A model generated the notes under the pieces. It saw only the letters and a program-made list of their open reading frames with translations, was not told the origin of the DNA and searched no databases. DNA of 63,448 bases, filler included, from Bonamia ostreae (taxonomy: Eukaryota): the NCBI GenBank assembly GCA_040357525.1. It is 5 parts of 5 records of this genome, joined end to end, with 100 filler letters (N's around TTAATTAATTAA, not from the genome) between each part and the next. Parts side by side here need not be neighbours in the genome. Positions count along the whole stretch, not along the records: positions 38,718 to 51,144 come from JBDODL010000016.1; positions 51,245 to 63,448 come from JBDODL010000017.1; 3 more parts are not named here. One strand, given 5' to 3'. A program made the translations under genes and the position numbers. This document shows, in pieces, positions 39,138 to 51,974 of this stretch; within the stretch, counting starts at the first letter, position 1, and every line of letters starts with the position of its first letter.

Positions 39138-39953
39138 TCAGAATAAGCCTGGTCGAATTTCGTTGAAAAGACTTTGTTCTTCATCTAATTCTTCTATTTC
39201 ATTTTCAATTTCATTTTCAATTTCATTTTCGATTTCATTTTCTTTCGAATATTTGTTTTCTTCAGTTGAAACCGTCTTTGTCAGTCCCATTGGATAAACC
39301 ATCGGATAAATTTGGGTTTCATTGTGCGAAAAATTTTTTATATCCAGTTTTATTTTTCCGTTTTCACACAAAACATTTTGCCCGTTTCGCGGGACGTAGT
39401 GCAACTCAATGTTGTGCGACTTGCCTAATGGATCGAAATTCAGAAAGTAGGCGAAATTTATAGTGGGATGAGATTCCAAGTTCCATTTCAGATAATTGTT
39501 GCTTTTTAACTTGAGATATTTTCTATTGTAGAGATTTCTAACTAAAAGACGTGTTGACCTGACCGAAAACATTTCGATTGTAGGCGTTTTTGGGGTGAGT
39601 TTTATGTTATGTTGTGTTTTTGAGTTGTTCTGAATGTGTAACACGTGCTCTTCCCCATCGGGAACAAACAAAAATTTCATTTGTCTCCTATTCTCATCGT
39701 ACTCATCTCTTACAAACTCCAACGAACTCGATTTTACCTCGATTGCATCGGGAAAATAGACGTTCGAAAGAATAAGGGCTTTTTGCTTACCAATTTCGGT
39801 GAAATCAAAGGTGATGTCGGTGTTGTATGGCCTATTATTCGCTTGATCGTCGTCGGCATAAAGTGAATTTGATTGATTTACGCCACTCAAATTGCTGGGA
39901 AACGGCTTTACTTGGTAATTTTCATTTTCATTGTTTTTGAAACGAAATGACAT
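39138..39953 (-). CDS. Unrecognised family X, member 1 (acidic EIEN-repeat tail)
   Basis: Intronless 271-aa ORF sharing F.F.PDGE.HV.HI and LKSNN..KWNLESHP...LNFDP with 42008-42948. Confidence 0.8.
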   Translation of the reverse strand: MSFRFKNNENENYQVKPFPSNLSGVNQSNSLYADDDQANNRPYNTDITFDFTEIGKQKALILSNVYFPDAIEVKSSSLEFVRDEYDENRRQMKFLFVPDGEEHVLHIQNNSKTQHNIKLTPKTPTIEMFSVRSTRLLVRNLYNRKYLKLKSNNYLKWNLESHPTINFAYFLNFDPLGKSHNIELHYVPRNGQNVLCENGKIKLDIKNFSHNETQIYPMVYPMGLTKTVSTEENKYSKENEIENEIENEIENEIEELDEEQSLFNEIRPGLF

Positions 39954-40273
39954 TTCTTTTACTTAATATTAGTTGAAACATTTATAATTTTTTGTTTTGT
40001 TAAAATTAACAAAACGCAAAAGTGGACATTAAAACCTTCTGTTATACGAGATATTATTAGTGCTACTTTGTATTAACAAAAAAAGGTTTGTATATGAGTT
40101 TCAGTATACGAAAAAAGACAAATATTCGAAGGTTAAATCCGAATCTAGATCATTTTTTCATATGATTTTTTTAAATATGGTGTTCTCTTAGATCATTATT
40201 TTTTTTCAAAATCGGCGAAAATATTAAAAGTGGACATTTATGGATAAACATTTTTTAGAAATTTTTATTTATT

Positions 40274-41186
40274 TTAGATAACTTTTTTCTTATTCTCTTC
40301 AAGTTTTTTATATCTGCAACATTTTCGTTCTCAAAATATTCTATTATCTGATTTGACGCTTTTACCAATTCTTCGAATTGACTTTTCCCCGCCAAATCCT
40401 CTACAATTCTTTCGATAGCAATTTTAATTTTTTTGCTAAAAATTTGTCAAATCATTTAAGAATGTCGAAAAATCAAACTTTTTGCATTTATCCATTAAAC
40501 CGACACTGACTTTTTTGGCACTGCAGAAAAAAGCAGCGACAGCCAAACAAGTCGGTTTGTAGAGAAAAATAATATCAGATTTGTAGCAACACGTCAAAAA
40601 ATTTATTGCTTTTTCGGTGAAAGCGTCCATATTTTCCATGTTTTTCCGACTTTTCGACAGAAGAATTTCCAAAGACGAATGCGGGTGGTGCACTAAAAGG
40701 TTATATTTTATCCCTTCCAAAAACGGAATCTTTTCAATATTGAAATTTAAAACTTCGTTTTTCAGAATCTCAGTTTTGCTTTTGGAGACAGTACTCGCGA
40801 TTTTATCTAACGACAACCAATATTCGCCAGTTTTGTTTGCAACCGTTAACGCCGTCACTCTTTAACGTTAAAATACGAAACAAGTTCATTTCGATGTCTG
40901 TTCCAATTGCACTATTTCGCAAATAAAATCGTTTGAAATATGTTATCGCATTTAATTTGACAATGAGCGGCAGATTCAAATGTTCGCAAAGCGCCCACAA
41001 CTGTTCTTCGTAAGCTTTCAATAATATTGAGATTTCTTTTACAGTCGGAAAAATGACTTTTTCTTCTTTCGTTTTGTCTAAAACTTTTTCCAGTTTTTCT
41101 TTTTGTTTTCTTTCTCGTAGTTTGGCCAAATCTATTTTTTCCAGAATCCAATTTGTTTGCGTTCCAAATGCTAAAGCGTCTGCCAT
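40274..41186 (-). CDS. CCNH: Cyclin H, multi-exon
   Basis: TQTNW, AITYFKRFYLRNS, FLEGIKYNLLVHHPHSSL, SDIIFLYKPTCLAVAA. Confidence 0.82.
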
Positions 41187-41543
41187 TTTCTGTATTTATA
41201 AAGGTTATTAGAATTTTTAAATATTTTTTCAAGTTTTTCGTCTTTTATTTATCCAAATTTGTAATTTTTTATTTTTGTTGATATCGCAACTTTGTTTTGA
41301 TATAGCTTTTTATGCTCTAAAAATTTATATTGCAACATAAAAATTGGAGCAGAAATCGGAAATACAAACTTGGAACAAAAATCCTTAAACTGAATTTTAA
41401 AATTTTTTCGCTGAAAAATTTCGTGGTTGAAATGGGTTGTAATTTCAATCTAGTCACTTCTAAAACAAGAAGCATTTTAAAGGTCAATTGAGGCGCAAAT
41501 CAAACAAACTGTAAAAAAAACTACAAACTAGTTTTATAAGGCA

Positions 41544-41700
41544 CGCATTAAAAAGCGCAAAATAAATAAACGCATTAAAAAAACTAATTTTAGTAAGAAA
41601 ACAAAAATAAACAAATAAACGCATTAAAAAACTAATTATAGCAAAAAGCGCAAAATAAACAAATAAACGCATTAAAAAACTAATTTTACTAAAAGCGCAA
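41544..41700. repeat. Degenerate intergenic tandem repeat
   Basis: aaacgcattaaaaaactaatt and aaagcgcaaaataaa units, about 4 copies. Confidence 0.75.
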
Positions 41701-42007
41701 AATATTTATCAAATTTATAATAAACGAAACCCTAAAACTCCAAACCATTATTATTTTATTATATCCAGACTATTAATTCAAAGTGCGTCTGCCGCTTCGA
41801 TTTAATTTTTGCATTTTATATTTTTGTTCATATATATTTAATAAAGTCCGTGCCGCTTCGATTTAATTTAATAACGAGATAGCGTATACCCAAACTACAA
41901 AATAATAATATATCAGTACAATAAAGAAAAACAAATAAACTAATAAAAGTTTTTATAATGTCTTTTATAATCTCTGAATTCGCCATTCTAAACATTTCGC
42001 AAAATAG

Positions 42008-42948
42008 ATGACCTACGGATATCCTTACCCACAACAAATGCAGCCGATGGCCTATCAGCCAATGCCTTACCCCAATTCCTTCTATCCTCCTCCTCAGATG
42101 CAGGCTCCCGCTCCTGCACGGCAATACAACCGCAAACTGGACTACGATTTTGTGAAGGATGGCCACAAAAGAGCAATTGTTTTGAAAAACGTCGAATTGC
42201 CTCACGCCGTAGACGTTAAATCTAAAACTTTGTCTTTCAAACGGGGCGAGCCTAACTACAAAGGTCAAATGCCGTTTTCGTTCTCTCCCGATGGTGAAGA
42301 CCATGTTGTGCACATCACCAGCAACAATAAGATCAAGCACACCGTCAATCTCTCACCCCGTTTATATTTTAGGCTCTCTATCAAAACTTACAAATTTTCG
42401 TTTGCGAATTTAATTTTCAAATATTTTAATTTGTGGCAATTTTGTTACACATTTCCACAACGCTTTTTACAAAAAAAATTAAAGAACCGCCAAAGATCAA
42501 ACTTTTCAAAAACGGAGGAAAGAAGTTGTGTGTGGAAAATCTCTACGCACCGGAAAATCTTCGTCTGAAAAGCAATAACCCCATGAAATGGAATCTTGAG
42601 AGCCACCCGTCGAAAAAACACACATACACCCTCAATTTCGACCCTTATGACAACGTTCACGATATCGAGATCTACTATGTCAACAAAAACGGAAAAGAAC
42701 TTCCTTGCAAAAACGGAAAGTTGAAGTTGGCGCCGAAGAACAAGCCAGTTGTCAATAGAAACAGAGCTCCCATGCCCTATTCTACACAATATGCCAATGG
42801 AAATTTCGCCCCAATGGCGTACCCTCAACAATACCCGATGGCTTATCCCATGGCTTATCCTCAACAACCTATGTATCCTCAACAGATGCCTTATCCACAG
42901 ATGCAAGCGCCGAACAGACAGTCGCAGAAGGTTCGACGTGGATTCTAA
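42008..42948 (+). CDS. Unrecognised family X, member 2, with Tyr/Pro/Gln/Met-rich termini
   Basis: Intron 42360-42484 joins the two ORFs in frame; YPQQM/PMAY repeats flank the shared core. Confidence 0.82.
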
Positions 42949-43124
42949 AGTCGGATATATTGAATGACTTGACTTATTTTTCCCTTTAAACATTATCTCA
43001 TTTTAATATTGAATTTGTTTCTTCACGCAATGTCTACAGCACAATTCGTGGTTGTTGTTATTTGCTGTTGTAACAATCAGACATGTATATAAATTTTTGT
43101 AAAACCGATTGTTCAAAATCTTCT

Positions 43125-44105
43125 AATGGTAGTATTAAATTTATTCCGCGGCAAAGGCACAAAAAGTTTTTTTGAGTATCAATAACTTTTGTTGTTTGTT
43201 TAAAACGTTCGTTATGCTCTTTATTTTAACTGCAGAACATATTTTTATAAAACCTTTATTGAAAACAACCAGAAGAAAGAACATTGAAACCGGCGTTCAA
43301 AGTACCCTTAAAAATGTCAAATCATTTGTCATTGCACAAAACAGACTCTTCGAACCAATCTCAATTCCGAACATTTAACAGAAAGGTAACACCAAAAGAA
43401 AACGCTCTCGCGGTTGAATTGTTACATGTGCTTGACAAGATTCTAACCAAAAACAAAATCAAATGGTGTTTAATGTATGGATCTCTCGCAGGTCAATTAT
43501 ATTTTCACGGGCTGATACCATGGGACGACGATTGGGACATAATGGTTTTCGCGCTAGAAAAGAAAATTGTCAAATTATTGACTCAATTTACAGCCGAAAA
43601 CAAAAAATTTGGTTTCGCGGTTCATAGCAAAGATTTTTCAAAATTGTACCACGTCGATTCAACAAAAGCTGGTAAATATCACTGGAAATGGCCGTTCGTT
43701 GACATATTTTATGGTGCTTTGACCGATAACAACGTAGAAGCGTACAATGAAAAGATTTGTTTAAAAACAGAAATGTTTCCTCTAAAAAGAGGTTTTTTCG
43801 AAGGTTTATTGTTGCCGGTTCCTCGAAAACCCTTTTTAGTACTTGACAAACTGTATAAAAGCGAGTTTGGATCGAAGTGCATATTGGGTTACGATCATCG
43901 GAATGAGCAATTTAGTACTTCTGAATTTGTCGAATGCAACAAATTGATCGGAAAATATGCGTGGGTTCGCAATTGGGTAAGGAATGAAGGAGATAAAGAA
44001 GTTTACGTGCAAAGTCTTGTGCGCAATAAAAAGGAATATCATCGAATTGAAATTTGGAAGGATTTTAAGGGCCACTTGGTGTATCAGTTCATTGACTTTG
44101 ATTAA
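43125..44105 (+). CDS. LicD/fukutin-family nucleotidyltransferase-fold phosphotransferase
   Basis: WCLMYGSLAG...GLIPWDDDWDI and WPFVDIF; 5' exon structure is approximate. Confidence 0.85.
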
Positions 44106-44226
44106 ATTTTTTAGTGATTTTTGACTTAGTGGGAATACCATCGTTTAAGGTTGTAACAACGATTGTTTGTGATAGGCTAAGTAAAATAATTCTGTAAAAC
44201 AATCGAGCAATGCTTTTACATGCTAA

Positions 44227-47200
44227 TTACTCGTTACCAGCTCTGAGGAGCTTATAAAACGAACCCTTTTTCTCAATTAAATCAGAATAAGTGCCGAATT
44301 CATCTTTAGTGCCTTTTGATAAAACGAGTATGAAATTTGAAAATTTGACGGCACTCAAACGATGAGATCTTTTTACATCTTTTGGAAAAAACATCGAAAG
44401 AGTCGATCTTTGTGCATTCTTTTCTTCTATAAGAGAGTTAATAGCGTCTTGTACTATCTTTTCTGATTCTGTATCCAACGCACTTGTGGCTTCATCGAAT
44501 AACAAAACACGAGGTTTCTTTATCAACGCTCTTTTTATAAATACATATTTTTATTTTGCATTCACAGTTTAAATCTTTGTTTTTATATTTTTCTTATTCT
44601 AACGTGCTCGCGTTAGAATCCCAGTGTTGTCGCTTACAAACTGGAGATGTGGTTTACCCAAACTCCTACGTTACTGGGGTTGCCCTAAAAACCTCAGACC
44701 TAGAATGTATGGTCGGAGTCAGGTCGGGTAGTGAGCCCCAAATACCAAATTAAGAATAAATATGCTAATATTAACAACAATACCTTGCAATAGCAACTCG
44801 CTGTTTTTGACCTCCGGACAATTTTGTTCCACCAATTCCACAATTTGTTTCATACTGGTTTGGAAAACTTAATATATCGTTGTGTATGTTCGCTTTCTTT
44901 GTAGTCACATTTTTTATTTTTTGGTAATAAAAATAAATAATCTTTAAAACTTTTGCAGCCTCTATAATTTCTTCGTCAGAAGCATCCAATTTACCAAATC
45001 GAATGTTTTCTTTAATACTTCCATTAAACAAAGTCGGTTCTTGAAGTACCTTTGTATTATAATATGTGGTGTACAAAGCGAATATGTAAATTAATCGATT
45101 TTAAGAAACAAGTCCTATTGATTCTCGAAGAGAATGAATATTTATATCTTTGTATGGAACATCATTTAAATATAACTCGCCTTTATTTGGTTTATAAAAT
45201 CCAAGCATCAACGAAACAATCCTTTATTAAGTTTTAACAGGTTTGAAGATTTTATAGGACAAATTTTATATACTAAAAACAATATAAAAACGTTGATTTT
45301 CCTGATCCACTAGATCCAACAACCGAAATAGAAGTGTTCTGTTTCAATTTGAAGCTGAAATTATCCAAAACTTTTTCTTTTTGACGTGCCGGATAGAAAA
45401 AATCAACTTCTTTGAATTCAATATCAAATTTGCCATCTTTTAGAATATCTTCAACTTCGTAGCCACCTTTTATCTCATCATTGTCATCATCTATTACGTG
45501 AAAAATTTTGTCTTTAGCTATTCTTGCTTCTTTTATATCAGGTGAAAATTCAATAGCGTATCTCTTTATATGAATGCAGAATTATTTATGATCTTTTGTA
45601 GAGATATTTATGATTTTACTTAGCTTGTCGTTTTATATACAAAAAATGAAAATACAATCAAAAATAAGAATATAAAAATATCATTAAGAATATAAAAATA
45701 TCATTAAGAATATAACAAAAAACAAATCCTGAAACACCCAAAATCGCCCCGAACGCAGAAGAAAGCATTTGGGTGAAGGAGATTTGGCCAGATTGAATTA
45801 ATTTGGAACCGTAATAAAATGCCAACGCATTAATAAAATAATAAATTAACTCCACCAACCCAAATGGCAATGCCGCTATCACCGACTTTTTGAAGAAACG
45901 GGAACTGTGTTCTTCATAACATTTCTCATATCGCTCCACAAAACTGTTTTCGGCTGCGAAAGCTGCGACCGTTCGAATATTATCAAAAACTTCTTTTGAA
46001 AGTTTGTTCGAGTTTTTTATTGCCTTTTCAGAACTTTTTTCTATACTGGAAGAAGCCAGCATACTAAGAGCTCCAGCGATGATTAATAATGGAGTAGATG
46101 CCAATACTGCTAGTCCCAGTTTGTAAGAAGAAATTAAAGATATTATTATTCCAGTGACTAAAGTTGAAATTGCCGAGACTATAGAAGGTAATATTCCTAC
46201 GGTAACATCGTTCACTTTTGTTGTCTCAGTTTCAAGGAGATCTGACAATTTGCTTATCAAAGATAAATTTAATTTTTATCTATTCAAAATATTGCGATGA
46301 TAAAACTAAAATTTACAAACTAAAATTTACAAACTAAGATTTACAAAACTAAAATTGGCCAAATTATTAAAAACGATTGGTCATTAACTTCTTGGTCAAA
46401 CCATTCCATCTTTTTACTAACAACTGAATGGAAAGACATTTCCCTCAATTTTTTGGTCAATGTCTCACCAGAGTATCCATAAAAATAACCGCTACCCAAA
46501 TCAGACAAAAAGTTGATTATTCCAAGTGCAAAGAAAGCCCCTAAATAAACTAAAGAATCTTTTTCAATAGAAGATTTGTCAATTTTAGAATATGTTTCTA
46601 AAATATTGGTGACAAAAATCGCAAGCATTGGAAACGTCATGCCGGACAAAGTTGCAGTTAACATTCCTGCCATTATATAATACTTTTCGTGTTCACTCAT
46701 TTTAATTAATCTCCAAAGAGAGACTTTTGGGATTTTACCTTTTTTTTGTTTTGAAACGTTGTGTCCTATTTTAAAGCTTTCTTTTTTTGAGTTTTGAGAT
46801 GCTACACTTATTTTTCCATACTGTTGTTTTTCGGCGCTTGTTTCCGTTAATTTCATGTTTGTCTTGTTATTAAAAATTTGTTATTGTTGCCATTGGAATA
46901 TGTAAAATTAATATTTATAATGACTAGTATTGACAATAACAAAAACTTGAAATTTCACTAATGAAGAATATTCTCCTCTTTTTTGAATCAATTCTTTGTG
47001 GTTTCCCTTTTCCACAATTTTTCCGTTTTTCATAACAAAAATTAAATCCGAATTTTTAATCTGTATTATAAGCAAATTTAACTGTTGAAAGTCTATGTGC
47101 TATAATCAACGTAGTTCTTCCTTTCATTACCTTTTCTAAAGCTGCCTGAACTGTTTTTTCCGCTCGCGTATCTAAAGCCGATGTGGCTTCATCTAAAATA

Positions 47201-49110
47201 AGAAGTTTTGGGTCTTTGATGATTGCGCGCGCAATAGCGATTCGTTGCTTTTGACCCCCACTCAAAAATGTGCCACCATCTCCTGTGTTGGTCTCATATC
47301 CGTCTTGTAATTTAACGATAAATTTGTGCGCGTTAGCCATTTTTGCGGCTTCAATTACCTCTTTTTCGGTCGCATTTAGTCTTCCTTGATTTTATTTGTT
47401 AGATACCCCTCTCAGAAAAAGTTTTTTAAACACGTAATTGAAAGTTATATTCTTATCAAAAACCAAATAAAATATTTTCTCGGATTGTTCCGTTGAACAG
47501 CACTGGTTCCTGATTGACAATACTTACCGATTCACGCCACCACTTTAAATTTAAATCCTCCAAATCGAAAGAGTCCAAATATATATTTCCCTCTGTTGGA
47601 CTATAAAATCTTTCCAATAATGAAGCCACTGTTGATTTTCCTGAACCACTTGGTCTTTAAAATACATTCCATTGAATGTATATATTCAATGATTGAGTTT
47701 TGTTATATTATATTTTACAGATTTATTGACAGTGACATTTGAAAAGAACCCTCCAAGTGCTATCTTTTGTCCCGGGCTCACACCGAAAGACAATTTCTTT
47801 AATTTAAATGCTTGAAACTTCAAGAACAAGCATTTCTTTTCTTGAACTGTACGAGAAATTGATGTTACTGAAAGTTATTTTTCCGGTGATATCTTTCGGT
47901 TTTATGCCGTGATCCGAGTAATAATCTTGTTTTGATTTCCGGTCGATTACAGCAAAGATAGCTGCTCCCGCGACTGTTCCTTCTGCCATTGCTCTTATTA
48001 AGGGTGTCACCTGCCCCAAGGCCTTTATTTATGGGTGTTTTTACCGTGGCTCCGTTAATATTGACAATGAAAATAGTGATGATGTCTCCGCCAGTGTAAA
48101 CTTTCCCTGTGAATGGAGTGACGACGTTATTTTGGATTAACCAACCGCCGAACCAGAGAGCTATCCCGTAAACAAAAAAAATAGTCGCCATCATCCCACC
48201 CGAGGAAACGCCGGTAAAGATATTTTTAAGTACTGCCACATTTTTTGTTTTTTCTAACTCTCGATAATATCTTTCCTCTTGATATTTTTGGTTGCAAAAC
48301 GAAGATACTGTTTTTATTCCTTTTATTGTTTCTAGAATATGGAAGAATTTAGTACCTGTTGAAATGATCCTTGCGTTTAAGTAAGCTTGTTTCTCCCTTT
48401 TCTCGTATTTTTGGGAGATATAAGACAAAGCTGTAACAGAAAGAGCGATTAAAGGAATACAGGAAGTCATCAACAATGCGTATTGCCACCCTGTTAGTTA
48501 AATATAAAAAATACCGTAATAATATCCTATAGCAATACTAGATATGAATGAAGAGATGTCTCTAGCTAAAATGGGCACTTTTTCGCCAACGCTTATTTTG
48601 TATTTACGCATGTCTCTTTTAAAATTTGTAGATATTAATTAGTACCTAGAAAGACGAGCAGATATGGAAACCGGTGTTTTCTCATCAAACCATTCTTTTT
48701 TGTTTTCAAATTGTATTAAAAACCCACTTCTTGTCTTATCGCAGATCTAAAATAAGCTTTTCTACACTTAATTTCTTGTTTTCCAGAGACGTATCTGTGG
48801 ATTTAATATATTAAACAGAAATGTCCAGAAACCGCCCGAATAAAGTGCAAAGCTAACTATTCCCAAATAGACAAAAAATAACGATAATCTTTCAAATTGT
48901 ATAGCATTTGTTTGTTGATTGGTCAAAATATCAACAAATCTCCCCAAAATTATAGCAAACTTTTAAATTTTTGTAAGAAACCACAGACGTAGTTGCCCCA
49001 GACGCTATAGCTAAAAGAAATCCAATTGACAACAAAAAAATGTCAAATTTTGTACAGAATCTATACAATTTAAAATAATTGATTTGTGATTTTTCCGCTT
49101 TCTCGCGCAT
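44227..49110 (-). CDS. ABCB1: Full-length ABCB (MDR/P-glycoprotein) transporter with many introns
   Basis: Two TMD-NBD halves: [67 protein letters not shown]. Confidence 0.92.
44596..44740 (+). ncRNA. Candidate structured RNA or inserted element inside ABCB intron 44531-44783
   Basis: GC-richer than flanks, with several hand-found stems (see findings); family not recognised. Confidence 0.3.
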
Positions 49111-50118
49111 TAATTTGTTTATATTAGAGATTTTGAAGTTTTAGTTGTAAAAACTTTTATTATGCATGATTAAGTTTTTAACGTTTTTTTATACCAACCC
49201 TTTACACTATTTTGGTGATAAGGAATCTATTCAAGACATTAACTCCTTTCACCATACTCATTTTTTATTTTTAATAATTTTTATTTTTTCTTTGAGATGA
49301 TATATCCTTTCCTTTTCATCTTTACTACATTCTTGAAATCGTTTTTTGTCAATTCTTATTTACCATTGTAATTTTTTTGATAAACTCTGCTTTGGCATTT
49401 ATTGTTTCTTTATTGAGCCATATATTATTTTGCTTTTCTTCGATTTCTTAAAATCTGCATACTGAGCGTCTATAATCCAACGAAAGATAATTTTCAAAAA
49501 TTCTAACATCGATTTTAGATAACCGTGATCCCAGAGTAGCTGCAATGAATTTGTGTTGAATCGATTCGAGTTTTTCCATATTTAAGATAGACAATTCACT
49601 CCAAAAGAGTGTGGTGTATTCAAGTTTTGTATAAACGTCGATAGCTTTGAGCCCCTGTAATTCGATTTGTCAAAATTTTTATTTGAGCTATTTTCGTCTG
49701 TCTTTATCCAATCGAGAAACGCGGATATCGGCTAGAACCATCCAATAACGTCCTCTGATCGGAACAAATGGTGGTCAAGAAGGAAGATAACCCCGAAAGC
49801 TCGTGTGCATAGGATCTAAATGTGCCAGTTGATAATTATATGAAACCAATGATAAATGGTGCATAGGATTCTAAGGGGTCACAATTCTGTAGACAAAACT
49901 CTTCTAAAAAGATATTTAAAAGAGAATCAAATTGAGATAACGCCAACAAAACATGAATTTTTGAATATTTTATTTTAAAAAATTATGAATACGAAAAAGG
50001 AATTGAAATAGTTAAAATTAGTCTGAAAACAGAGTGAACGTCTTGAAGAGTATATTGATCCGTACACAATAACTTATAAAGTAAAATATTAATGGTGAGC
50101 AGTGCAATTTAATATGGT

Positions 50119-50910
50119 TTAATATCTTGGACAATAAAATTCGTCGTTTGGTCGATATAGGCTATGATAATTTTGCGGATAATATCCAAATGCGTAACGA
50201 TCAAAGTATGGAGGCGGATAATAAGACTGTCGCTGATCAGACCAGTTTTTCTGGAAATTGTCCATTTTCTGTCCAGGTTTTAGTGGCTCAAATTTGAAAG
50301 AGCCGTTTTTAATAAGTGTGATGTTGTTTTCGGAATCGGCCACAAATATTTTGACCGAGTGTTTGTTTCCATGGGGATAGAGCGAGAGTATAAAGGTATC
50401 TTTTTCTTGGCACGGTTGCAAGCTCCAATTCATTTTGTTCGTCGACGCCAGTTTTATGGATTCTGGATTTTTTAGATTTTCTATCAATATTTTTCTCTTT
50501 CTGTTTTTAACGAACGTGGCCTTAGGAACGCCTTTGTTGTATTAATTTTGCGAAAAACATGGATCGAGAGAAATCGTTTTTACAATAAGGCCTCGGTCGG
50601 TAACAAAAACTTTGTGTTTGTTCCAATCTGGTTGGAAATAAAATTTCATTGCGCCGCTTTTCTCACAAGAAGACGTAAAACGCAAGGTGTCGCAGTGTAT
50701 TTTAATTTGCAATGGCGCTGAGATGTTTTTGATCACAATTGCGCGCATTTTACCTTGTTTTTCGAATCCGTACTCTAAGTTTGCCAAATTTCGGTTAGTA
50801 ATCGCATTAGTGTTGTTGCTGTTCAATTGCTTCTGACGATAAATGTTGTTGGAATTGTATAAGTTGTCTGTGTTTAACTTTGGATTTGAACTGTTTGTTA
50901 TATGAACCAT
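50119..50910 (-). CDS. Unrecognised family X, member 3 (PPPY-containing tail)
   Basis: LEYGFEKQGKMRAIVIKNI...FYFQPD...H; KLASTNKMNWSL...NGSFKF; one 27-nt intron. Confidence 0.75.
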
Positions 50911-51144
50911 TTTTAGTTTGATTTGTTAAAGTTTTAAACCAGTTTTGTTATTGATGTCTGGTATACAAATTATATTGCGTTGCTTGAGAATTGCAAAAAT
51001 GCAAATGAGTAAAATTTACTTTGCTTTAAAATCCTGTGGATTTAGTCCAAAAAAACAAATTTTTTGGTTTTAAAGATTTAGTCAAATCTTTCCGTTTATA
51101 TTCTTTCTGGGGAGGCCACGCTTCGCTTTTCCTGTACAACCACC

Positions 51145-51244
51145 NNNNNNNNNNNNNNNNNNNNNNNNNNNNNNNNNNNNNNNNNNNNTTAATTAATTAA
51201 NNNNNNNNNNNNNNNNNNNNNNNNNNNNNNNNNNNNNNNNNNNN
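51145..51244. other. Artificial contig spacer
   Basis: N44-TTAATTAATTAA-N44. Confidence 0.97.
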
Positions 51245-51367
51245 CCCTTTTCGTTATCTTAAAGTAAAAATATATGGGCTATATTAAAGTGGCACGGGGG
51301 TGCATATCCAGTAAAATTGTAAAAACGGTTTTAATTTAAAACCGTAATTTATAAAACAAGCCCAATA

Positions 51368-51882
51368 ATGAAAGATTACAACTTTAAAACTCTCAACGCT
51401 CTCAATATTCCTTCCACCAAAATGCGCTTTCAGGGCTTCGTTGTCAAAGGTTTCCAGAGAGGAAGGAAAATGGGAATCCTCACAGGTTCTGTTTACCATT
51501 CTATCAGCAAACATCGATCCCAACTTGTTGGACAAAGCTCAGCTGGGCTTGTTCGAGAATGGCGTTTACGCAGGATGGGCAAAGGTGGGAAACGGCACTG
51601 TACACAAAGCGATGATCTCGATAGGATATAATCCCTTCTTCAAAAACGAGTCTAAAAGCCTTGTTCGATTTTAATTTCCAGGAAACGCACATTCTGAACG
51701 ACTACGGCAGAGACTTTTACGGGGAAAAGCTCACCGTCCTGATAGTTGGCTACATTAGAAAGATGATGGACTTCTCATCGCTAGATGAACTCATCCGCTT
51801 CATCCGCAAAGACATCGAGTTGGGGCGAAAGTCCCTGTCGCAAAACGTCTTCGAAAGTCTCAAGAAGCAGATCGAAGACTAG
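51368..51882 (+). CDS. RFK: Riboflavin kinase
   Basis: GFVVKGFQRGRKMGILTAN, GVYAGWA, SIGYNPFFKN, ETHIL...DFYG...GYIR; introns 51486-51507 (22 nt) and 51663-51681 (19 nt). Confidence 0.93.
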
Positions 51883-51974
51883 TAAACATTTACCGATTTT
51901 TGGCCTCTCACCAGCTGTCTTCTGAACAGATGGAAGATTAGTAAACGGTCAGCAGCTTGAAGATGGAAGATAGT

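Noticed and set aside
49390-49960. Possible spliced minus-strand gene (…LLWDHGYLK…)
   Set aside because: Exon chain and start could not be established from sequence alone.
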